Assembly: GCA_963840195.1 (NCBI GenBank)
Contig: CAWIYD010000015.1
Span: 8,112 to 72,111, forward strand
DNA: 64,000 nucleotides
Direction of reading: 5' to 3'
From: an uncultured Actinomycetes bacterium
GTDB taxonomy: Bacteria; Actinomycetota; Actinomycetes; Streptosporangiales; Streptosporangiaceae
Shown: one piece after another, positions 36,858-45,975 of the stretch
Position numbering within the stretch: position 1 is the first letter of the stretch
How the letters are laid out: each line of letters begins with the position of its first letter
Position numbers and translations under genes: made by a program
Notes under the pieces: generated by a model
Database searches by the model: none
Told to the model about the DNA's origin: nothing
Seen by the model: only the letters and a program-made list of their open reading frames with translations

Positions 36858-37775
36858 ATGCCTGGAGAAACCCCGACCGGGGTGCTGCCCGCCCAGCGGG
36901 GCAGCACCGCCAGCCCCGCGCCGCCCCGGGCCGCCCGGGAGGCGGGCGCCGCCCGCCCCGCACCTGCGCCCCCGCCAGCGCAGCAACAACGTCCCCGGCG
37001 GCGCAACCGCGCCTGGTACCGGGTGATCAGCCCGCTGGTGTTCCTCGCCGTCTGGCAGCTCGTCAGCGTGACCGGGCTGGTTTCGCAGCAGAAGCTGCCG
37101 CCGCCCAGCACGGTGTTCCACACGGCGGTCACCCTGATCACCACCAACTCCGCCGCCTACGGCACGCTGCAGTCGGCGATGCTCGTGTCCCTGGAGCGGG
37201 TGGCGATCGGCTTCGCCGTGGGCGGTGCGGCCGGCCTGATCCTCGCGGTCATCGCCGGGCTGAGCCGGCTCGGCGAGAACTCGGTCGACCCGCTCATGCA
37301 GATGCTGCGCACGCTGCCGCTGTTCGGCCTCATCCCGGTGTTCATCGTCTGGTTCGGCATCGGCGACCTGCCTAAGATCCTGCTGATCGCCCTGGGTGCC
37401 GCCATCCCGCTGTACCTGAACACCTTCTCCGGCATCCGGAACGTGGACAGCAAGCTGGCCGAGGCGGGGACCACGCTCGGGCTGAGCCGCACCGAGATGA
37501 TCCGGCACGTCATCCTGCCCGGCGCGCTCCCGCAGATCCTGGTCGGCCTGCGGCAGAGCCTGGGCGTCGCCTGGCTGGCGCTGGTGGTCGCCGAGCAGAT
37601 CAACGCGAACGCCGGGCTCGGCTTCATGATCAGCCAGGCCACCCAGTTCCTGCGCAACGACGTGATCTTCGTGGCCCTGCTCGTGTACTGCGTGCTCGGC
37701 CTGCTGACCGACGCGCTGGTCCGGCTGCTGGAAAGGAGGGCACTGGCATGGCGCCGCGGACTGCTGGAAGCCTGA
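36858..37775 (+). CDS. ssuC: aliphatic sulfonate ABC transporter permease
   Basis: ATG 36858. Body ...ISPLVFLAVWQLVSVTGLV...LPPPSTV...SLERVAIGFAVGG...PLFGLIPVFIVWFGIGDLPKILLIALGAAIPLYLNT... (BPD_transp_1, SsuC/TauC/NrtB type). Confidence 0.85.
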   Translation: MPGETPTGVLPAQRGSTASPAPPRAAREAGAARPAPAPPPAQQQRPRRRNRAWYRVISPLVFLAVWQLVSVTGLVSQQKLPPPSTVFHTAVTLITTNSAAYGTLQSAMLVSLERVAIGFAVGGAAGLILAVIAGLSRLGENSVDPLMQMLRTLPLFGLIPVFIVWFGIGDLPKILLIALGAAIPLYLNTFSGIRNVDSKLAEAGTTLGLSRTEMIRHVILPGALPQILVGLRQSLGVAWLALVVAEQINANAGLGFMISQATQFLRNDVIFVALLVYCVLGLLTDALVRLLERRALAWRRGLLEA

Positions 37776-38506
37776 GCCCCCACTTCCGGGGGATCGCCCC
37801 CGGGGCCAGCACGGCCCGGATCCGCGGCCTCAGCCGCCGGTTCGGCGACCGCCTGGTACTGGACAACCTGGACCTGGACATCGCGCCGGGCGAGTTCATC
37901 GCGCTGATCGGCCGCAGCGGCAGCGGCAAGTCCACCCTGCTGCGCGCACTGGCCGGGCTGGACCGTGAGGTCACCGGGGAACTCGAGGTGAACGGCACCG
38001 CGGCGGTGGCGTTCCAGGAACCACGGCTGCTGCCCTGGCGCCGGGTGCGGGACAACGTCAGCCTGGGGCTGCGCACCGCCGGTGCGGCCGGCGTGGCCCG
38101 CTCCGCCCTGGACGAGGTCGGGCTGACCGCCCGGGCGGATGCCTGGCCGCTGACCCTGTCCGGCGGCGAGGCGCAGCGGGCCGCGCTGGCCCGGGCCCTG
38201 GTCCGCGAGCCCAGCCTGCTGCTGCTGGACGAGCCGTTCAGCGCGCTGGACGCGCTGACCCGGATCACCATGCACCGGCTGGTGCTCCGGCTGTGGGCGC
38301 ACCACGAGCCGGCCGTGCTGCTGGTCACGCACGACGTGGACGAGGCCCTGGCCCTGGCCGACCGGGTCCTCGTGCTGGCCGACGGCCGGATCGGCTACAG
38401 CGGCCGGATCGACGTCCCGCGGCCGCGGGACCGGGACCATCCCGATCTCACCGGACTACGGACCCGCCTGCTCACCGAGCTGGGCGTTGCCTCGGAGGGA
38501 AACTGA
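37748..38506 (+). CDS. ssuB: sulfonate ABC transporter ATP-binding protein
   Basis: Walker A GRSGSGKSTLLR, Q-loop AFQEPRLLPW, signature LSGGEAQRAALARAL, Walker B LLLLDEPFSALD. Overlaps the ssuC end. Confidence 0.9.
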   Translation: MAPRTAGSLSPHFRGIAPGASTARIRGLSRRFGDRLVLDNLDLDIAPGEFIALIGRSGSGKSTLLRALAGLDREVTGELEVNGTAAVAFQEPRLLPWRRVRDNVSLGLRTAGAAGVARSALDEVGLTARADAWPLTLSGGEAQRAALARALVREPSLLLLDEPFSALDALTRITMHRLVLRLWAHHEPAVLLVTHDVDEALALADRVLVLADGRIGYSGRIDVPRPRDRDHPDLTGLRTRLLTELGVASEGN

Positions 38507-39594
38507 TGACCACGACGAACACCACCCGGCACCACCGGGCCGGGCGCCGCGCGGCCCGCGCCGGGCGCCGCCACGCGCTGCCGCTGGCCGCCAGCATGGC
38601 CCTGCTCGCCCTGGTCGCCGCCGGCTGCTCCTCGTCCAGCGGCAGCACCGCGTCCGGCGGGGCGGCCAGCACGGGAGGCGCGGCCAGCGCCGGGACCACC
38701 GACGTCTCCAGGGTCACCCTGCATATCGGGGACCAGGCCGGCTCCGGGGCGCAGGCGCTGCTCACCGCGGCCGGCCTGATCAGCAAGCTGCCGTTCAAGG
38801 CCACCTGGTCGGACTTCACCTCCGGGCCGCCCATGCTCCAGGCGATGGCCGGCGGGGCGGTGGACATCGGCAGCGTGGGTAACGCGCCACCGGTCTTCGC
38901 CGCGGCGGGCGGGGACGACCTCGCGATCGTCGGCGCCTTCCAGGCCAACCCGCACGGCTCCGCGCTGCTGGTGCCGAAGAACTCGGCCATCCACACGATC
39001 GCGCAGCTCAAGGGGAAGCGGATCGCCGTCGCGCAGGGCAGTTCGGCCGACTACCACCTGCTGACCGTGCTCAACAAGGCCGGCCTGTCGGTGCACGACG
39101 TCACCCTCGTCTACCTGCAGCCCGCCGACGGCCTGGCCGCGCTGGCCTCGGGCCACGTGGACGCCTGGGACATCTGGTCGCCGTTCGTCGAGCAGGCCGA
39201 GGCCGCCGACCACGCTCGGGAGCTGGTCAGCGGCGTGGGCTACGGCAGCCCGTACTCCTTCACCGTGGCGTCCCGGGGCGCGCTGGCCGACCCGGCCAAG
39301 GCGGCCGCCATCCGTGACTACCTCAAGCTGCTCGCCCAGGCGCACGCCTGGGCCGCCACGCACGAGGCGGCCTGGGCCGCCGTGTGGGCCAAGGCCACCG
39401 GCCTCCCGTCGGCAGTCATGACCCAGGCCGCGAAGGACGACTTCGCCACGGCGGTGCCGATCACGCCCGCGGTGATCAGTTCCGAGCAGTCGGTCTCCAA
39501 CGCGTTCACGTCCGCCGGGCTGATCCCCGGGCACGTGGACTTCACCAAGTACGTGGTCACCTCGTTCAACAACACCGCCGGGGGGTCCTCATGA
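38506..39594 (+). CDS. ssuA: sulfonate ABC transporter substrate-binding lipoprotein
   Basis: ATG 38506 overlaps the ssuB stop (ATGA). Lipobox LALVAAGC. Body ...LHIGDQAGSGAQALL...ATWSDFTSGPPMLQAMAGGAVDIGSVGNAPPVFA... (NMT1/SsuA type). Confidence 0.85.
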   Translation: MTTTNTTRHHRAGRRAARAGRRHALPLAASMALLALVAAGCSSSSGSTASGGAASTGGAASAGTTDVSRVTLHIGDQAGSGAQALLTAAGLISKLPFKATWSDFTSGPPMLQAMAGGAVDIGSVGNAPPVFAAAGGDDLAIVGAFQANPHGSALLVPKNSAIHTIAQLKGKRIAVAQGSSADYHLLTVLNKAGLSVHDVTLVYLQPADGLAALASGHVDAWDIWSPFVEQAEAADHARELVSGVGYGSPYSFTVASRGALADPAKAAAIRDYLKLLAQAHAWAATHEAAWAAVWAKATGLPSAVMTQAAKDDFATAVPITPAVISSEQSVSNAFTSAGLIPGHVDFTKYVVTSFNNTAGGSS

Positions 39595-40787
39595 GCCTGA
39601 CGTTCCACTGGTTCCTGCCCACCACCGGTGACGGCCGGTCGATCATGGGCCGGGGGCACAGCCTGCCGCCGGCCGGCCAGGGCGGCGGCCCGGGCCAGCG
39701 GCCGGCCGCCGCCCCGCACATCCGCGGCGCGGCCACCCAGGAGCGGCCGCCGGACATCGAGTACCTGGCCCAGGTGGCCCGGTCCGCGGAACAGCTCGGC
39801 TTCGAGGCGGTGCTGACCCCCACCGGCACCTGGTGCGAGGACGCCTGGCTGGTCACCGCCGCGCTGACCCGGGAGACCCGGCGGCTCAAGTTCCTCGTCG
39901 CGTTCCGGCCCGGGCTGACCTCGCCGACCCTCGCGGCGCAGATGGCCGCCACCTACCAGCGGCTGTCCGGCGGCCGCCTGCTGCTCAACGTGGTCACTGG
40001 CGGCCAGGCCGACGAGCAGCGGCGGTTCGGTGATCATTTGTCTCATGACGAGCGTTATGCGCGAACCGGGGAGTTCCTGGAGATCGTCCGCGGCGCGTGG
40101 GGCAGCCAGCCGTTCGACTTCCGTGGCCGCTACTACGACGTCGAGGGCGCGACCGTGCTCCAGCCGCCGGAGCCGCTCCCGGGCATCTACTTCGGCGGGT
40201 CGTCCGCCGCGGCCGGCCCGGTGGCCGCCCAGCACGCCGACGTCTACCTGACCTGGGGCGAGCCGCCCGGCCAGGTCGCGGAGAAGCTGGTCTGGATCCG
40301 TGAGCTGGCCGCCGCCCAGGGCCGCACGATGCGGTTCGGCATCCGGCTGCACGTGATCACCCGGGACACCGAGGCGGACGCCTGGGCCGAGGCCAGCAGG
40401 CTGCTGGACTACCTGGACCCGGCCGAGATCACCAAGGCGCAGCAGATCCTGGGGGCCAGCGAGTCGGTCGGCCAGGACCGGATGCGCGCCCTGCACGCCG
40501 CGTACCGCCATGGCGGCTCCGCGCAGGACCTGGAGATCTACCCGAACCTCTGGGCCGGGGTCGGCCTGGTCCGCGGCGGGGCCGGGACCGCCCTGGTCGG
40601 CTCGCACGAGAAGGTCGCCGACCTCATCGAGGAGTACGCATCGCTCGGCATCACCGAGTTCATCCTGTCCGGCTACCCCCACCTCGAAGAGGCGTACTGG
40701 TTCGGGGAGGGGGTGCTGCCCGAGATCCGGCGGCGGGAGGCGGCCGCCGGGAACACCAGCCGGTCGCCGCTGCGCGTGAGCGCATGA
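39591..40787 (+). CDS. ssuD: FMNH2-dependent alkanesulfonate monooxygenase
   Basis: ATG 39591 overlaps the ssuA stop. MSLTFHWFLPTTGDGR...LTPTGTWCEDAWLVTAAL...LKFLVAFRPGL...LLLNVVTGG...HDERYARTGEFLEI... is colinear with the E. coli SsuD pattern as I recall it. Confidence 0.9.
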   Translation: MSLTFHWFLPTTGDGRSIMGRGHSLPPAGQGGGPGQRPAAAPHIRGAATQERPPDIEYLAQVARSAEQLGFEAVLTPTGTWCEDAWLVTAALTRETRRLKFLVAFRPGLTSPTLAAQMAATYQRLSGGRLLLNVVTGGQADEQRRFGDHLSHDERYARTGEFLEIVRGAWGSQPFDFRGRYYDVEGATVLQPPEPLPGIYFGGSSAAAGPVAAQHADVYLTWGEPPGQVAEKLVWIRELAAAQGRTMRFGIRLHVITRDTEADAWAEASRLLDYLDPAEITKAQQILGASESVGQDRMRALHAAYRHGGSAQDLEIYPNLWAGVGLVRGGAGTALVGSHEKVADLIEEYASLGITEFILSGYPHLEEAYWFGEGVLPEIRRREAAAGNTSRSPLRVSA

Positions 40788-40790
40788 ATG

Positions 40791-40995
40791 CCCCGGGGCC
40801 TTCGGGGGGTCGCCCCCCGGGCCTTCGCAGGCGAGGCGGGGCGCGGCGGAGCCGTGTCCCCACCGAGCCGGCGAATCGGGGGGGCTCCGGGGGGTCGCCC
40901 CCCCGGGCCTTCGCAGGCGAGGCGGGGCGCGGCGGAGCCGTGTCCCCCCGAGCCGGCGAATCGCGGGGGGTTCCGGGGGGTCGCCCCCCCGGGCC
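40791..40995 (+). repeat. tandem array of the E-element (partial end + 2 x 86-bp units) between ssuD and the FMN reductase gene
   Basis: GGGCCTTCGCAGG recurs at 40819 and 40905 (period 86), and GGGCC again at 40991. Unit: GGGCCTTCGCAGGCGAGGCGGGGCGCGGCGGAGCCGTGTCCCC(A/C)C(C)GAGCCGGCGAATCG(C)GGGGGG(C/T)TCCGGGGGGTCGCCCCCCC. Several internal stem-loops (CCGGGGGG-TCG-CCCCCCCGG; GCCGGCGAA...TTCGCAGGC). Confidence 0.9.
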
Positions 40996-41013
40996 AATAC
41001 AGAGGAGGCACCG

Positions 41014-41553
41014 GTGAGCTTTGTCATCCTGGCCGGCAACCCCAGGCCGCAATCCCGGACGCTGCGGGTGGCCCGGCTCGCCGCGGACGCGGTCAGCCGG
41101 GCCACCGGGCGGCCGGAGGGACACGAGATCGTGGACCTGTCCGGGCTGTCCCGCCGGCTGCTGCTGGATGAGCCGTCCCCGGCCGTGGAGGATGCGGTCG
41201 AGCAGGTCACCACGGCCGGCCTGCTCCTGGTGGCCAGCCCCACCTACAAGGGCACCTACACCGGGCTGCTCAAGGTCTTCCTGGACCGGCTGGACTACCA
41301 GGCGCTGTCCGGGGTCACCGCGCTGCCGCTGCTGGTCATGCGAGTCCCGCAGCACGCCCTGGCCGTGGACGTGCACCTGCGGCCGCTGCTGACCGAGCTC
41401 GGCGCGGCCGTGCCCGGGCCGGGCCTGGCCTTCCTCGAATCCGACCTCGACCGCGCGGCCAGCGTGCTGGACCCGTGGGCCGCCCGGGTCGCCACGGCAC
41501 TGGGCCGGGCGGCGGCCCTGGTCCAGCCGCCCGACCCGGCGCTGAGCCGGTAG
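41014..41553 (+). CDS. NAD(P)H-dependent FMN reductase (SsuE-like)
   Basis: GTG 41014 preceded by GAGGAGG. MSFVILAGNPRPQSRT...LLLVASPTYKGTYTGLLKVFLD.... Confidence 0.8.
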   Translation: MSFVILAGNPRPQSRTLRVARLAADAVSRATGRPEGHEIVDLSGLSRRLLLDEPSPAVEDAVEQVTTAGLLLVASPTYKGTYTGLLKVFLDRLDYQALSGVTALPLLVMRVPQHALAVDVHLRPLLTELGAAVPGPGLAFLESDLDRAASVLDPWAARVATALGRAAALVQPPDPALSR

Positions 41554-41596
41554 CCGGCCCGCCACCGCACACCTAACGTTCCTGGAGGTCACCGTC

Positions 41597-42955
41597 ATGG
41601 GCAGCAGCACACGGCAGCTGCACTTCAACGCGTTCCTGATGAGCTCGGGCCATCACGAGGCCGCCTGGCGGCTGCCGCAGAGCAACCCGTTCGCCAATAC
41701 CGACCTGGCGCACTGGCGGCACCTGGCGCAGACCGCCGAGCGGGCCGCGTTCGACTCGGTATTCCTGGCCGACACCCCGGCCCTGTGGAACAGCGCGAAG
41801 CACCGCCCGGCCGGCTCGCTGGAGCCGACCGTGCTGCTCACCGCGCTGGCCACCGCAACCACCCACATCGGGCTGATCGCCACCGCGTCGACCAGCTACA
41901 ACGCGCCGTTCAACCTGGCCCGCCGGTTCGCCTCGCTGGACCACATCAGCGGCGGGCGGGCCGGGTGGAACATCGTCACCACCGCCGAGCGCAACTCCGC
42001 GCAGAACTTCGGCCTCGACGACCGGCCGTCGCATCACGAGCGGTACGAGCGGGCCGCCGAGTTCGTCGAGGTGTCGCAGCGCCTGTGGGACAGCTGGGAG
42101 GACGGCGCCGAACTGGGCGACAAGGCAGCCGGCCTGTACGCCGACCCTGGCCGGATCCACCGGGTGGACTACGAGGGACGCTATTTCCGGGTCCGCGGCC
42201 CGCTCAACGTGCCCCGGTCGCCGCAGGGCCGCCCGCTGCTGGTCCAGGCCGGGTCGTCGGAGGACGGCCGGGAATTCGCCGCCCGCTACGCGGAGGCGAT
42301 CTTCACCGCGCAGCAGACCCTGGAGGACGGCCAGCAGTTCTACGCGGACATGAAGCGGCGGGCCCGGCGGCTCGGCCGTGACGCGGACCTGCTCAAGATC
42401 CTGCCCGGGATCGTGCCGGTGATCGGGTCCACCGAGGCCGAGGCGCAGGCGCTCAGCGGCGAGCTGGAAGAGCTGATCATCCCGCAGTACGGCCTGGCCC
42501 AGCTGTCCCGTGTGCTGGAGATCCCGGCCGAGGCGCTGCACCTGGACCGGCCGCTGCCGGACGAGGTCTACCGGCGGCCGCGGGTGGAGGGCGCGCAGAG
42601 CCGCTTCGACCTCATCACCGAGCTGGGGCGGCGGGAGAACCTGACGGTCCGGCAGCTGATCGGCCGGCTCGGCGGCGGCCGCGGCCACCGCACCTTCACC
42701 GGCACCCCGGAGCAGGTGGCAGACACCATCGTGGACTGGTTCGAGCGGGGCGCCGCGGACGGGTTCAACGTGATGCCCGCCGCGCTGCCCTCCGGGCTGG
42801 AGGCCTTCGCCGATCACGTCATCCCGGTCCTCCGGCGGCGCGGGCTGTTCCGCACCGAGTACTCCGGGCAGACGCTGCGCGAGCACTACGGGATCCCGCG
42901 GCCGGACAGCCAGTTCGCCGCGGATCGGCAGGCCGTCCCTGAACCCGTCGGCTGA
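41597..42955 (+). CDS. LLM-class flavin-dependent monooxygenase (NtaA/SnaA/DszA family)
   Basis: Intact 452-aa ORF: ...LHFNAFLMSSGHHEAAWRLP...FDSVFLADTPAL...GRAGWNIVTT...HHERYERAAEFVEV...LLVQAGSSEDGREFAARYAEAIFTAQ.... Confidence 0.9.
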   Translation: MGSSTRQLHFNAFLMSSGHHEAAWRLPQSNPFANTDLAHWRHLAQTAERAAFDSVFLADTPALWNSAKHRPAGSLEPTVLLTALATATTHIGLIATASTSYNAPFNLARRFASLDHISGGRAGWNIVTTAERNSAQNFGLDDRPSHHERYERAAEFVEVSQRLWDSWEDGAELGDKAAGLYADPGRIHRVDYEGRYFRVRGPLNVPRSPQGRPLLVQAGSSEDGREFAARYAEAIFTAQQTLEDGQQFYADMKRRARRLGRDADLLKILPGIVPVIGSTEAEAQALSGELEELIIPQYGLAQLSRVLEIPAEALHLDRPLPDEVYRRPRVEGAQSRFDLITELGRRENLTVRQLIGRLGGGRGHRTFTGTPEQVADTIVDWFERGAADGFNVMPAALPSGLEAFADHVIPVLRRRGLFRTEYSGQTLREHYGIPRPDSQFAADRQAVPEPVG

Positions 42956-43014
42956 CCGGAACCCGGAACCCGGAACCCCGGCCCGTCCCGATCCGAGCTG
43001 AAAGGCAGGCGCCC

Positions 43015-43541
43015 ATGGCCATCTCCCCGGCCGCTCCCCTCAGCGACCCGGCTGCGGGCATGGTGGACGCGGACACCTTCCGCCAGGCCCTGGCCCGGCA
43101 CGCGGCAGGCGTGGTCATCGTGACGGTGCCCGGGCCGGCCTGACGGTCACCTCGTTCAGCTCGGCGAGCCTCGCCCCGCCGCTGGTGTCGTTCTACATCG
43201 GGCACGGATCCTCGAACTGGCCCGCGGTCCGTGAGGCGGAGCGCTTCGCGGTGAACCTGATGGGCCACGGCCAGGAGGCGGTGGCCGCGAGATTCGCCCG
43301 CAAGGGAGCGGACCGGTTCGGGCCGCCGACGCGGTGGCATCACGGCCCGGACGGGCTGCCGCTGCTGGGCGGGGCGACCACGCACCTGATCTGCACCCGG
43401 CACGGCCTGGTCACCGTGGGCGACCACGACCTCGTCATCGGCCAGGTGACCCAGGCCATCCTGGGCACGGGGGAACTGCCGCTGCTACACCACCAGGGCC
43501 GGTTCACCCGGCCCCAGACCGGGGGACACGATGACCAGTAA
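43015..43541 (+). pseudogene. flavin reductase family protein (HpaC-like), one frameshift near 43135
   Basis: ATG 43015: MAISPAAPLSDPAAGMVDADTFRQALARHAAGVVIVTVPGPA, then TGA at 43141. It continues in the next frame: TVTSFSSASLAPPLVSFYIGHGSSNWPAVREAERFAVNL...DHDLVIGQV.... Confidence 0.8.
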
Positions 43542-44991
43542 CCACAGCGGCCCAGCCTGGGACGAGCCGCCGGGCAGCTACGGCGGGCCGGGGCCGGGCG
43601 GCCGTAGCCTGGCCATCGCGGTGATCGGCGGCGGCGCGAGCGGCGCCCTGGCCGTCGTGCACCTGCTGCGCGCGGCGGCCGGGACGGGCTGCCCGCTGCG
43701 GATCGCCCTGATCGACCGGCTCGGCCGCCACGGGCTGGGCCAGGCGTATTCCACCACCTGTCCCGAGCACCTGCTGAACGCCACCGCCGACCGGATGAGC
43801 GCGGTGGCCGGCGAGCCCGGCCACCTGAGCCGCTGGGCGGCCGCGGCCGGCCTGCCGCCCCGCGGTTTCCTGCCCCGGGCGGCCTATGGCCGCTACCTCC
43901 TAGACACCCTGGACGAGGCGGAACGGCAGGCGGCACCGCAGTCCCGGGTCACCCGGCTGACCGGCGGGGTGCTGGCGATCCGGACGAACCCGGCCGGCCG
44001 CCCGCTCCGGGTGGTGCTGGACGGCGGCTGCCTCGACGCGGACATCGCGATCCTGGCCACCGGCAACCCGCCGCCCGGGTCCCCGGTGGCGGTGCCGGAC
44101 TCCCCCCGCTACATCGCTGACCCGTGGGCGCCCGGCGCCCTGGCCGCTGCCAGCGACGGCAGCCCGGTCGTCATCCTGGGCACTGGCCTGACCATGGTGG
44201 ACGTGGCCCTGGCGGTGACCCGTGGCCACCCGGGCACGACGGTGCACGCGGTGTCCCGGCACGGCCTGCTGCCGCGGCCGCACAGTGGCCAGCCGGCCCC
44301 GGCCGCCCCGCTGTGGCTGCCCGCCCTGGCCGACTCCCGCGGGCCGGTCCGGCTGGCCGACCTGCTGTGGCAGGTGCGGGCGGCGATAGCCAGCCGGCCG
44401 CAGCGCTGGGAAGAGGTCGTCGACGCGCTCCGCCCCCAGGTCCCCGGACTCTGGCAGCGGCTGCCCGACGGGGACAAGCGGGTGTTCCTGCGGCACGTGG
44501 CCCGGTACTGGGAGGTGCACCGGCACCGGATGCCGCCGGCCATCACCCGCCAGGTGACCGCGCTGCGCTGCACCGGCCGGCTGTCGGTGCAGGCGGGCCG
44601 GGTCACCCACGTGACCGGGCACGGTGCCGGGCTGCGGGTCAGCATCGAGGCCGGCGGGCAGGTCACCGAGCGGGAGGCGGGCTGGCTGGTCAACGCGACC
44701 GGCCCGGGACCGGACGTGACCCGGGCCCCCGGCCCGCTGCTGCGCGACCTGCTGGCCGCCGGGCTGGCCCGCCCGGACCCGCTCCGGCTCGGTATCGAGG
44801 CCAGTCCCGAGGGCGCGGTGCTCGGCGCGGGCGGCGTGCCCAGCCGGACCCTGTTCACCCTCGGGCCACCGCTGCGCGGCGCGCGTTACGAGACGACGGC
44901 CATCCCCGAGATCCGTGAGCAGGCCGCCGCCCTGGCTGACCATCTGGTCGCCGCCCTGCATGCCCGCCAGCGCCCCGGCAGCGCCGCCTGA
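43531..44991 (+). CDS. FAD/NAD(P)-binding protein (NAD_binding_9-like)
   Basis: Intact 486-aa ORF with dinucleotide motifs IAVIGGGASGALAV and VVILGTGLTMVDVA. Overlaps the flavin reductase end. Confidence 0.7.
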   Translation: MTSNHSGPAWDEPPGSYGGPGPGGRSLAIAVIGGGASGALAVVHLLRAAAGTGCPLRIALIDRLGRHGLGQAYSTTCPEHLLNATADRMSAVAGEPGHLSRWAAAAGLPPRGFLPRAAYGRYLLDTLDEAERQAAPQSRVTRLTGGVLAIRTNPAGRPLRVVLDGGCLDADIAILATGNPPPGSPVAVPDSPRYIADPWAPGALAAASDGSPVVILGTGLTMVDVALAVTRGHPGTTVHAVSRHGLLPRPHSGQPAPAAPLWLPALADSRGPVRLADLLWQVRAAIASRPQRWEEVVDALRPQVPGLWQRLPDGDKRVFLRHVARYWEVHRHRMPPAITRQVTALRCTGRLSVQAGRVTHVTGHGAGLRVSIEAGGQVTEREAGWLVNATGPGPDVTRAPGPLLRDLLAAGLARPDPLRLGIEASPEGAVLGAGGVPSRTLFTLGPPLRGARYETTAIPEIREQAAALADHLVAALHARQRPGSAA

Positions 44992-45036
44992 TCACCCGCG
45001 GCACCGCCGGGCCACCCGCCGCGACGCGGCCCTAGA

Positions 45037-45879
45037 GTGGGCGCCATGAGCATCCCCGGCGATGACGCGGCAGGCTCGCAGGCGGCTAAGGCACGGCTGT
45101 TCCGCGCCCTGCACGAGGGCCCGGACGTGCTGCTGCTGCCCAATCCCTGGGATGCCGGGTCGGCCCGGCTGCTCGCCTCGCTGGGCTTCGCGGCGCTGGC
45201 CACGACGAGTGGCGGTTGCGCGGCCACCCTGGGGCGGCTGGACGGGTCGGTGACCCAGGACGAGGCCCTGGCGCACGCCGCCGCCGTGGCCGCCGCGACC
45301 AGCCTGCCCGTGTCCGCGGACCTGGAGAACGCGTTCGCCGATGACCCGGCCGGCGTGGCGGACACCGTGCGGCGGGCCGCCGCGGCCGGGCTGGCCGGCT
45401 GCTCGGTCGAGGACTACTCCGGCCAGGACTTGTACGAGGCCGGGCTGGCCCGGGAGCGGGTCGCGGCGGCGGCCGAGGCGGCCCGGTCGGCGCCCGGCCC
45501 GCTGGTGCTGACCGCCCGGGCCGAGAACTACCTGCGCGGCCGGCCCGACCTGGCCGACACCATCGCCCGGCTGCAGGCCTTCCAGGAGGCGGGCGCGGAC
45601 GTGCTGTACGCGCCCGGGCTGGCCAGCCTGGCCGACATCCGCGCCGTGGTCAGCTCGGTCGACCTTCCGGTCAACGTGCTGGCCGTGCCGGGCTGCCCGC
45701 CCGTGGCCGACCTGGCCGCGGCCGGGGTGCGCCGGGTGTCGGTGGGAGCGTCGTTCGCGTTCGCCGCGCTGGGCGCGGCCGTCGCCGCCGCCCGGGAACT
45801 CCGCGACCAGGGCAGCTACGGCTTCCTGGCCCTGGCCGCCGAGGGCCGCTCCGCGTTCCAGGCCGCCGTCACCGGATGA
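45037..45879 (+). CDS. isocitrate lyase/PEP mutase family protein
   Basis: ...LLLPNPWDAGSARLLASLGFAALATTSGG...PVSADLENAF...AGCSVED...LTARAENYL...EAGADVLYAPG.... Start is GTG 45037 or ATG 45046. Confidence 0.85.
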   Translation: MGAMSIPGDDAAGSQAAKARLFRALHEGPDVLLLPNPWDAGSARLLASLGFAALATTSGGCAATLGRLDGSVTQDEALAHAAAVAAATSLPVSADLENAFADDPAGVADTVRRAAAAGLAGCSVEDYSGQDLYEAGLARERVAAAAEAARSAPGPLVLTARAENYLRGRPDLADTIARLQAFQEAGADVLYAPGLASLADIRAVVSSVDLPVNVLAVPGCPPVADLAAAGVRRVSVGASFAFAALGAAVAAARELRDQGSYGFLALAAEGRSAFQAAVTG

Positions 45880-45975
45880 CCACCGCTGTCCCGAGGTGAG
45901 ACCTTCGCCGGCCAGAACGCGGGCGAGACTGGCCCCGCAGGGACCGCCGCAGCCGACCAAGACACGCGAGGCGCC

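Noticed and set aside
40791-40995. CRISPR array hypothesis for the 86-bp tandem repeats (and for the 36-bp repeats at 49807-49935)
   Set aside because: The units are contiguous with no unique spacers. There are only 2-3.5 copies and no cas genes in the window. The element also occurs singly in other loci and inside genes.
39318-41243. 641-aa minus-strand ORF spanning ssuD, the repeat array and the FMN reductase gene
   Set aside because: Antisense to two well-supported genes. Part of its translation is simply the repeat array read in another frame.
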